A stretch of 64,000 nucleotides of DNA from an uncultured Poribacteria bacterium (GTDB taxonomy: Bacteria > Poribacteria > WGA-4E > WGA-3G): the NCBI GenBank assembly GCA_951813565.1, contig OX638351.1, positions 739,716 through 803,715 on the forward strand. The letters are read 5' to 3'. The notes under the pieces were generated by a model. That model was given only the letters and a program-made list of their open reading frames with translations, had not been told where the DNA came from and did not search any database. Both the position numbers and the translations under genes were made by a program. Of the stretch, positions 8,972 through 17,180 are shown one piece after another (position 1 is the first letter of the stretch; each line of letters starts with the position of its first letter).

Positions 8972-10330
8972 TTACGTGAAGAAAGGCTGTGTTTCCCCTT
9001 CCTGAAAAGACTGCTCAAGCCAGGGGTCTTTGGTTTTCTGCCTGAATTCAATGACCTTTCGGCGCATTTCGTTTACTGTGTCTTGTAATTCCGCAACATC
9101 AATCAGGTTTTGGGATTCTGCTGGGTCACTCTGCATATCAAACAACGCTTCACGACTTTGATGCACAAAATCTTCCCGTTGTCGCTCTCCCAACTTCTGA
9201 ATGTTATCATTTCGCACGGCTGTCCATGAAATAGAACGGAACAGGTCGCTCGGAAGTGGTGTTTCTAACTGATATGCCAAATTGCGGACATACTTATATC
9301 TTCGGCCACGCAATACCCGATATGGATAGTAGTTGGTTACTTCGTGGAAGCAGTGAGAGTAATATGTTTCTTCCCATTGTCCGTTGCCGGGATGGGGACT
9401 GTCGTCTTCAAGAATAGATAGCAATGACCTACCGGGGAGCGCATCTTCTCCATCAGGGTGAGAGACACCGCACCAGTCTAATATGGTTGGGCAGAAATCA
9501 ACCCAATTGACAAGTGCCTGATTGCGGAGTGCACGCCGCTGTTGTGTGGGACTGGCAATAAGCAACGGACAGTGATGTCCACTATCAAAACTGGATGCTT
9601 TTGCGCCGGGAAACGGCATCGCATGGTCTGTTGTTACAAAGACGAGTGTATCATCTGCACGTCCAGAAGTGTCAAGTGCATCTAAAGCGGCACCGACAAC
9701 AGCATCCCATCGCGAGACACTTTCATAATAGTCGGCAAGGTCTTCGCGCACGGCAGGAACATCTGGTAGGAAATTTGGCACAATTATCTCATCAGGGCTG
9801 TAGGAACCCGGCTCTATCCCAGCATGCTCCCGATCATTTCCAAATCCCTTGCCAGCCCGATGCGGATAGGTGCATCCAATATGCAAATAAAATGGTGTCC
9901 CCGTGTTTTGTGCAAAGAATTGTTCAATTCTGTCCGCTACTTCCACAGGACTACGGGGGTTAACCTTTGGTTCATAATCAAAAGGGTAAACACTCTTAGG
10001 TTCAACATGCTTTTTTCCAATACAGGCAGTAGCAAATCCGTGTGCTTTTAGAATTCTTGGGACAGACTGCATGTGTTCATGCGTGCGGAATCCGTGAATG
10101 CCGTGGCAGTGCCCATATTGCCCGTGTGTGTGGCTATGTTGCCCCGTGAGAATACATGCGCGGCTTACAGCACAGGAGGGACTTGTGCAGAATCCGTAAT
10201 CAAAAACAACACCGCGCTCTGCAAATTCATCAATACGAGGTGTTCTGATAACCTCATTACCGTAACATCTTGCGATGCGACTCCAATCGTCCGCAATAAC
10301 GAACATAACACTTTTATGGAAATTTTTCAT
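8972..10330 (-). CDS. sulfatase, N-sulfoglucosamine sulfohydrolase-like
   Basis: IADD, SPSCAVSRACILTG, GKKH, TDHAMPFP. ATG 10330 with SD preferred over the TTG extension. Confidence 0.9.
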   Translation of the reverse strand: MKNFHKSVMFVIADDWSRIARCYGNEVIRTPRIDEFAERGVVFDYGFCTSPSCAVSRACILTGQHSHTHGQYGHCHGIHGFRTHEHMQSVPRILKAHGFATACIGKKHVEPKSVYPFDYEPKVNPRSPVEVADRIEQFFAQNTGTPFYLHIGCTYPHRAGKGFGNDREHAGIEPGSYSPDEIIVPNFLPDVPAVREDLADYYESVSRWDAVVGAALDALDTSGRADDTLVFVTTDHAMPFPGAKASSFDSGHHCPLLIASPTQQRRALRNQALVNWVDFCPTILDWCGVSHPDGEDALPGRSLLSILEDDSPHPGNGQWEETYYSHCFHEVTNYYPYRVLRGRRYKYVRNLAYQLETPLPSDLFRSISWTAVRNDNIQKLGERQREDFVHQSREALFDMQSDPAESQNLIDVAELQDTVNEMRRKVIEFRQKTKDPWLEQSFQEGETQPFFT

Positions 10331-10447
10331 AGTTTCCTGACTCAATCCTTTTTTGTGGAGGCATTTACGATTTTCGAGTATTTTTGTCAATGAAAAAGGC
10401 GGTGGGCATTATACACAATACCTACCACCTCTGCTATAACGAGAGTG

Positions 10448-10941
10448 TTACTTATCTTCGCTTTCAAGTGTTTCATCTGCCCAATCTTCTTCGGTGTAGT
10501 TAAGTCCATGTTTCTCACAGAAATGTTTGAAGCGTGCGCGCTCTTTTTGTTGTGTTTCCGCTACAGCTTCTGCTACAGCCTTCGGCACAGCTTCTGCTAC
10601 AGCTTCTGCCACAGCTTTCTGTGCTGCCTTCTCAATAATCTCTGGCATTTTCTTTCTCAATTCCCAATACATTATCATCCTCCTCATGTGTGGAAGTATC
10701 ATAAAAAATACGGCTTCAACAAATCCAAACCGAGCCAATGAGGAAAGCGTTGATCTAAACGCAACAATTTCGGTTGATCTACAAGAAACTCCCAAGTCGT
10801 GATGCCCACTGTTGCTACGCAAAAGATAATACCGTAAATTAGGAGCGATATGTTATATTTCCTGCGCGGAATTAACATTCCAAGCACGGATACCGTATCA
10901 TCTTCTCCGAGCAGTTCGGAGAACCAGTTTCTATCTTTCAA
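10448..10941 (-). pseudogene. frameshifted small membrane-protein gene (ORFs 10699-10941 and 10448-10822) with AVAE repeats; possible independent ORF 10448-10672
   Basis: Two overlapping ORFs join near 10770 into one plausible TM-TM-coiled-coil protein. 12 bp tandem repeat ACAGCTTCTGCT; internal AGGAGG-N6-ATG. Confidence 0.55.
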
Positions 10942-11065
10942 AATGCTCTCTCATTCTGTCTTTTTAACTCAACACGTCCTTCTCTATGTGATTCTCTAAA
11001 CCGGCTTGCTAATTTCTCCATAGCACTATTGTAACTTCTTATGTTGTGATTGTCAAGGAAAATGC

Positions 11066-13387
11066 TTACACCAACCCGCCCCGTTTCCGTAAGAACCACT
11101 CAAGACCGAGTAGCATAAGGATCATACCGAAAATCAGCGGTAGATCCCAGATATCAACATCAGTTATCTGTGATGTTGCACTCTCCACAAGTGAAATTTG
11201 GTTAACTAATTGGTCTGCCTCTTCAATAGGGTAATATTTGCCGCCGCTCCTGTCTGCAAGGTTTGTGAGGAGTGAGACATTGAGTGCTGCATCACTAAAC
11301 TCTGCATAAGAAGGTTTCACCTCAAAAAGTGCCTGCTGTTTGCCGAGGTTTTCGCCATTAAGGGTCCCCGTTGCTGTGACGGTATATTCACCAAACCGTC
11401 CCGGAATAAATCGAGCGGTGTATAAACCATCTTTGCCTAATACCTGTTCAAGTGGAAGTTCCGTTCGTGTACCAGTTTCGTCAACAATGATTGCGCGCAA
11501 CTTCGCTTTATTCGTTAATTCAAAGGTTTTATCCATTGCGGTGACCTCAATTACAACGGGTTCCTTCAATGTATATTCAGTCTTCGCAATATCAAGTTTG
11601 AGAGCAGCTTTTGGTGCGGTTGTCAACCATTTTGCCATCTGCCGCCAGAAACGTTCATTACTGTCATCTTCGGACGGCATGCCCAACTGCCATGGCGCTG
11701 AATTATTCGGGGTAAACACCATGACCCGTCCTGCATTAAAATTATGAGTTGCGATGAGGATGCGCTTCCCAAATTCATTTCGCTCACTTGGATGTTCGGC
11801 GAGGACCGTTGCCCCTGCTTTCGCGCGTTTGACTTTGCTATAACCAAAAAGTTCCGACATCTTGTTCCAACGTTGCAGGTTTTCAGCGGAGTTACCTGCC
11901 AATTCCATCAACGGGTCCGATTTACCTTCTGTTGTCAGTTGCAACTTGAAGCCTTCTGCTCTTGGCATCTGGGATGGTGGAAGGGTAGACACTGGTGGTG
12001 GAGGGGTGCCTAATTCTAATTCAACAGGAAGTAATTCGGCGATTGGTGTGTTGAGATATGAATCAGTTACTTCCGAACTACCTATGGAAAACGTCCCACC
12101 TAACATTAAAAAACCGCCGCCGCGTGTGCGAACGAATTCAACTGTATTTTCAAGCTGCGTTCGCGTGAATTCGGAAGCCGAAACATTACCGAAAATGATT
12201 GCGTCAAAATTGAAGAGAACATCTTTTGAATCCGGATAGAATTTGAAGTCTTCGTCTGCACCACCTTGTGTGCCCCCGAAACTCTGTTCACTTGTCTTAT
12301 ACCGGTCAGTTAAGACGATATTCGGATCGTCTTGCAAGGCACGTTTGATAAATTTAAAACCAGAATAAGGTCTGGAAACGAATAGTATCTTTACACGTTT
12401 CGTAGGGGCGACTTTCAAAATAAAAGTTTTGGTGTTGTTTTGTGGGATTGCTTCGTCTGCTTCGGTGAGTACATGCACCTCATATTTTTGGGTGCCTGGC
12501 TGGCGCGGGGTAAATCTGAGTGGGACTCTTGTTGTGTCACTTTTAAATGAGACCGGAACTGTTTCAAGAATCCTTCCATTCTCTATTAATTGGATTGTAA
12601 CTTTCTTTTGGGCGTTACCTGTACGTCTCACCGTCGCGGATATTTCGACGGGAAAATCTTCCTCTGCGGTCCGGGGGGTATCCACCTTGACCAATTCTAT
12701 GTCAGGGACACCTTTTTCTGATCCAATACCGACGGTATGGATAGGTGCTTTTCTTTCTCGGACTTGCATCACAAATTTTGTTATGTTTGTACCACTTCGG
12801 TCAACTCCATCGGTGCAAAGTACAATACCAGAAAGTGGGATGCCTTGTAAGTCTTCAAGTGCTTCATTTATTGCGTTCGGGATATTTGTGTTTTCCCCTT
12901 TTGCGCTCGGTAATGGTTCATTTTCAATTCGTTTTGCTTCTGTGTCGAATCCAAAGAGTCTGACCTTGAATTTGTTCGCGTTCAGTTTGTCAATAAGCCC
13001 GCCGCCATCTTCAGGATTTTCACCAAAGAGCAGCTGATTAGTTCGATTCAATCGCGATTCACCATCATCTGAATCGGTAATCTGCATACTCTTGGAACGG
13101 TCAACCATTACTAAAAGGTAGGAATCATCAGGATTGTTTTGATAGATTGTCAAGAGAGGTTTGAGTAGACAGAAGGCGAGGAAACACAAGACAATTGTGC
13201 GGAGAACAATGAGAAATCCGCGGAACACGCGTCCAGTTCGACCTCTTGCGCTCCGATATGCCCAAATAGTTGCTGCAACAAGCGCGACCATTAGGACGAA
13301 TATAAGAAGTCCCGGTATTGGCACGCCGAACGAGAAATCCCCCTCCCGAAAAACGTCAATCGGGTACTTCATAAGTTGTTCAAACAT
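11066..13387 (-). CDS. membrane protein with VWA and glutamine amidotransferase-like domains
   Basis: N-terminal TMs, MIDAS DRSKSM..TDG, FVRTRGGGFLMLGG, C-terminal LEWFLRKRGGLV. Confidence 0.85.
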   Translation of the reverse strand: MFEQLMKYPIDVFREGDFSFGVPIPGLLIFVLMVALVAATIWAYRSARGRTGRVFRGFLIVLRTIVLCFLAFCLLKPLLTIYQNNPDDSYLLVMVDRSKSMQITDSDDGESRLNRTNQLLFGENPEDGGGLIDKLNANKFKVRLFGFDTEAKRIENEPLPSAKGENTNIPNAINEALEDLQGIPLSGIVLCTDGVDRSGTNITKFVMQVRERKAPIHTVGIGSEKGVPDIELVKVDTPRTAEEDFPVEISATVRRTGNAQKKVTIQLIENGRILETVPVSFKSDTTRVPLRFTPRQPGTQKYEVHVLTEADEAIPQNNTKTFILKVAPTKRVKILFVSRPYSGFKFIKRALQDDPNIVLTDRYKTSEQSFGGTQGGADEDFKFYPDSKDVLFNFDAIIFGNVSASEFTRTQLENTVEFVRTRGGGFLMLGGTFSIGSSEVTDSYLNTPIAELLPVELELGTPPPPVSTLPPSQMPRAEGFKLQLTTEGKSDPLMELAGNSAENLQRWNKMSELFGYSKVKRAKAGATVLAEHPSERNEFGKRILIATHNFNAGRVMVFTPNNSAPWQLGMPSEDDSNERFWRQMAKWLTTAPKAALKLDIAKTEYTLKEPVVIEVTAMDKTFELTNKAKLRAIIVDETGTRTELPLEQVLGKDGLYTARFIPGRFGEYTVTATGTLNGENLGKQQALFEVKPSYAEFSDAALNVSLLTNLADRSGGKYYPIEEADQLVNQISLVESATSQITDVDIWDLPLIFGMILMLLGLEWFLRKRGGLV

Positions 13388-13563
13388 AACAGTATGATAC
13401 CTCTATAAGCAGAATAACAGCGAATTAGGGAGGCGTATTTAATCTCGACAAATTTGGCTTCGCTGTTTGTATAATTATATTATACACGGGAGTAGCAAAT
13501 GAGTTCAACCTATTTTGAATCATATAGGTTTAATTTATGAAGAGAACCTCGCGTTTCTCTACT

Positions 13564-13827
13564 GTAGGGCGAGGTCTCTGTGCCTCGCCATGTTCAACAT
13601 GTCAAAGCAATGGGTCGGACCAGAGAACACCCATAACTGTCAATTTAGCGGTTCGCCACCTTAGTAGGCGCGTTTTGATGAAGATTAATTTTTTAATTCG
13701 GTATTATTTTCTTAAACTTCATCAAAACGCGCCTATCTTTGGGTAATAAATCGGGCTTAGAAAGCCCTCCCACAAGAAAATCAGGCACTAAATTGATGGC
13801 AATGGGTGGGACCAGAGAACACCCTAT
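13564..13827. mobile_element. REP doublet interrupted by a TGTCAATTTAG cassette (13634-13802) with 23 bp direct repeats and REP cargo
   Basis: Direct repeats 13611-13633 and 13803-13825 (21/23 identical); cargo GTAGGCGCGTTTTGATGAAG..CTTCATCAAAACGCGCCTA. Confidence 0.75.
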
Positions 13828-13872
13828 GATAAAGGTTGACCTATCTGAAAGGAAACTCAGACTCACAAGAGT

Positions 13873-14856
13873 TTAGTCAGGTAAACGAATTCGCTGCCCG
13901 GTATGTGCAGATTCATGCAATGCATCAATGACGCGCATATTTCCGAGCGCGTCTGCAATGGGCAAGCGGAGCGGTGTGCCGTTTTGGACTGCTTCACACA
14001 GATTTAAAATCTCAGCAGCATAAGGATTCACACCGTTAACGCTGAAAGTTTCTCCATTGACGGTAAAGTGTGATTCTCCTTCACCGTTTCCCCAAGCCTT
14101 CTGGACAAAGAGAGTTCCTTTTGTGCCAGCAACTTCATAACATTCACGCCATGTCCAACCAAAACTGCAGTCAAATTGTCCGGTGATACCATCGCCAAAG
14201 TCTAATGTTCCGATGAGGGTTTCCCAGACGTTGTTAATCGGTTCATACTTGCCTGTAGCCCACACAGACTGCGGTTCTTGTCCCATGACATAGCGAATAA
14301 TGTTGATACAGTAGCACCCTAAATCCATCACAGCACCGCCACCGAGGTCACCTCTTAACCGCCAATTTGTTCTATCGGTGAGTCCAGTTGAAAAAGTGGA
14401 GCGTGCATAGCGGACCTCCCCGATTGCGCCCTCCTCAACCTTTTCCTGGACCGCCAACGTTAACGGATGATGCCGATACATAAACGCTTCCATCAAGATG
14501 ATGTTGGCACGTTCTGTAACTTGAATCATCTGCTCAAGTTGCGATGTATTGACAGCAATCGGCTTTTCAACGAGGATTCCCTTGACACCACAGCGTACTG
14601 CTTCCAAGACATTTTTAAGATGGCTTGAAGGCCAAGTGGCAACAACGAGAATATCAGGGTTCTGTTTCTCCAGCATCTGCCGAAGGTCGTTGTAAGTATT
14701 CTCAACGTTATATTCTGTGGCAAAACGCGAGAGCGACTCAAATTTCTCATCGCATGCACCGACAATCTCAATCTCTGACACATTTCGCCAGGCGTTTCCG
14801 TGCGCGTGTGAAATTCCACCGCACCCAACGATTGCCACGCGATATTTTTTCGCCAT
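13873..14856 (-). CDS. Gfo/Idh/MocA oxidoreductase
   Basis: IVGCGGIS, VEKP, GGGAVMDLGCY. Confidence 0.92.
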   Translation of the reverse strand: MAKKYRVAIVGCGGISHAHGNAWRNVSEIEIVGACDEKFESLSRFATEYNVENTYNDLRQMLEKQNPDILVVATWPSSHLKNVLEAVRCGVKGILVEKPIAVNTSQLEQMIQVTERANIILMEAFMYRHHPLTLAVQEKVEEGAIGEVRYARSTFSTGLTDRTNWRLRGDLGGGAVMDLGCYCINIIRYVMGQEPQSVWATGKYEPINNVWETLIGTLDFGDGITGQFDCSFGWTWRECYEVAGTKGTLFVQKAWGNGEGESHFTVNGETFSVNGVNPYAAEILNLCEAVQNGTPLRLPIADALGNMRVIDALHESAHTGQRIRLPD

Positions 14857-14865
14857 TATTTTACC

Positions 14866-15837
14866 CTATAACGAAGAAATCTGGACAAGTCTATTCTCCT
14901 GTGCGGAGATATTTGCTGCGAGTGATATTTCAAGCGTCTTGACTGCATCGGTATAAGGACTCAATATCTGAGATGCATCACCGCTACGGACTGCATTCAC
15001 AAAAACTTCGTCAATGGTGGGACCAGGTTCCGTCTTATCTACCCATTCACCATCTTCTTGCACAGAGACTCTCGCTGGATTCCAATTCAACAATTCACCG
15101 TCATATAGGATATCTAAAACATTGGCATTGTTCCAACCGCCTGCATAAGCCCATGCTGCTGTCATTGAACCTACAACGCCATCAGTAAATTGGAGCGTTA
15201 CACTATTGCTATCGGGACAATCAATCTCTTTCAGGAAGCGATTTGCCTGCATTGCATAGACTGATTCCACCTCACCGATGAGATTACGCATCATGTCAAT
15301 TGTGTGTGTCGCCTGTTCAACTAATTGTCCACCAGATTTGTTCATTTGTCGCAACCAACCTTCAGGATTACCACGTCCGCTGCCGCACCAATACTTGCCG
15401 ACAACCATGTTAATTGTCTTGCCTGCAAGGATTTCCTGCGTTATTCGTGTTGAGCCAAGATAACGGAGTTGATAGCCGACACAGGTTATTAGTCCTGCTT
15501 TGGTTACCGCAGCTTCAACTTCACGCGCGATGTCCATGTTGATCGCTACCGGCTTCTCAACGAAGAATGGTAAGCCCCGTTCAATCACGTCTAATTCAGG
15601 TTGACCGTGTGCAAAAACAGGGAGACTCAGATAGATAGCGTCAAGGTCATCTCGTTCCAACATTACGCGGTGTTCTGTATACGGATCCGCGTTGTGTTTT
15701 TCCGCTGCATTTTGTGCTTTTTGTGGCACAATATCACATATTGCAACGACGTTTGCGCCTTCCATTTCAGATAACCGATTCATGTGACCATTCGCATTGC
15801 CACCCGATCCAATAAACCCAATTTTAATTTCTTTCAT
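14866..15837 (-). CDS. Gfo/Idh/MocA oxidoreductase
   Basis: FIGSGGNA, FVEKP, SGGQLVEQATH. Confidence 0.92.
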   Translation of the reverse strand: MKEIKIGFIGSGGNANGHMNRLSEMEGANVVAICDIVPQKAQNAAEKHNADPYTEHRVMLERDDLDAIYLSLPVFAHGQPELDVIERGLPFFVEKPVAINMDIAREVEAAVTKAGLITCVGYQLRYLGSTRITQEILAGKTINMVVGKYWCGSGRGNPEGWLRQMNKSGGQLVEQATHTIDMMRNLIGEVESVYAMQANRFLKEIDCPDSNSVTLQFTDGVVGSMTAAWAYAGGWNNANVLDILYDGELLNWNPARVSVQEDGEWVDKTEPGPTIDEVFVNAVRSGDASQILSPYTDAVKTLEISLAANISAQENRLVQISSL

Positions 15838-15928
15838 ATTTTACCTTTCTGTTCGCAAATTCAAAGCTGCAGATTTTCTTATGTTTTGGATACTGCAGCT
15901 TGTTGTTATGCGCCGCATCTAACGACGT

Positions 15929-17143
15929 CTAACGCGCTTTAAAATTAACCTGTAATGCTTTTTCTATATCTTCACGGGGATGAACCCCAAATTGTTTTTC
16001 GAAATTCTCATCAAATGCAGCTTCTTCTTCCGGATCAGGTTGAAGGGGTAATTGAATAGGTTGCCGATTTGACTGCACAGAACGACGTGCGGCGATAACC
16101 ATCTCCTGATCAGCTCTACCCATCTCTCCTGTCCAAAGCGGTTGTGTATTATCTCTAACTGCACGTCCGATACCATCAAGCATTGTGGCAAGTGAAATGC
16201 CGCCCTCGGAGATTTGGGTATGCCGATAGGGATTAAGCCATTCAACCGTACCACCAAGAGATTCGGGAAGTTCAACAAAGATACGCTGCAGCACCTTATC
16301 CTCACCGTATTCCCTCTGAAATTCATAAGTTTGTGCTCTTCCTGCATTTTGGCTAATATCTTCATCTGTGCAAACGTTGACAGTTTCACCGCCAGAAGCA
16401 CCTTGGTTGCCGTTTGTGATAATTGTGCCGCGCTCACCACACGTCTCAAAACCGACAAGTTTGTTCCGTCCGAGACATCCATTCTTGTTGCCTACCATTG
16501 CGATGCCGAGTCCACCATTGTCAAAATCAACAGCGTAAAATTCTAAGCCTTCCTGATTGAAATCTCGTTTTGCTCTGTCAACATAAGGCACAACAGGCAT
16601 AGAATGTCCGATGCTACTTACCGTTATTGGTGCAGCGTTCATTCTACACCGTATTGCTGCAAGACCGTGATAACCTGTTGTGGAAAACAACCGATAACAT
16701 TTATGCACCTTGCCAATTACGTCTTCCTGAATAAGTTTGCAGACAAACTGTTCCACAGGAACAAATGGAAAGTTCTCTGATGTTTGGAGTTGGACCCCAT
16801 TTTCAGCAGCATCCGCTATCATCATATCCATCAAACCGAGAGTCGGGGCAAGTGGGGTTTCCACATTCTGTGATATACCGCAACGGGACAGGTAACAGGA
16901 AACGATATGATGTAGCGGTGCAGGCACAACGACATCGCAGACATCGGGCGACATCTCGTCAACAAGTTTTCGGACATCGGTATATGCCTTTACACCGACT
17001 CTTGCTGCGCCCGCCTCCGCTGATTCTTGATGTGCATCGCACACCGCAACGATTTCAAAGGTATCCTTTAGTGCGGCAGCGGTTGACAGATGTGCTGAAC
17101 CGCGCCGTCCATGACCGATTAATGCGTATTTTAAACGTGACAT
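15929..17143 (-). CDS. divergent Gfo/Idh/MocA oxidoreductase
   Basis: LIGHGRRG Rossmann motif; VETP in place of EKP. Confidence 0.8.
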   Translation of the reverse strand: MSRLKYALIGHGRRGSAHLSTAAALKDTFEIVAVCDAHQESAEAGAARVGVKAYTDVRKLVDEMSPDVCDVVVPAPLHHIVSCYLSRCGISQNVETPLAPTLGLMDMMIADAAENGVQLQTSENFPFVPVEQFVCKLIQEDVIGKVHKCYRLFSTTGYHGLAAIRCRMNAAPITVSSIGHSMPVVPYVDRAKRDFNQEGLEFYAVDFDNGGLGIAMVGNKNGCLGRNKLVGFETCGERGTIITNGNQGASGGETVNVCTDEDISQNAGRAQTYEFQREYGEDKVLQRIFVELPESLGGTVEWLNPYRHTQISEGGISLATMLDGIGRAVRDNTQPLWTGEMGRADQEMVIAARRSVQSNRQPIQLPLQPDPEEEAAFDENFEKQFGVHPREDIEKALQVNFKAR

Positions 17144-17180
17144 TTTCTTTCAACTTCCTAAGAATTGGAAATCGCTCCTA

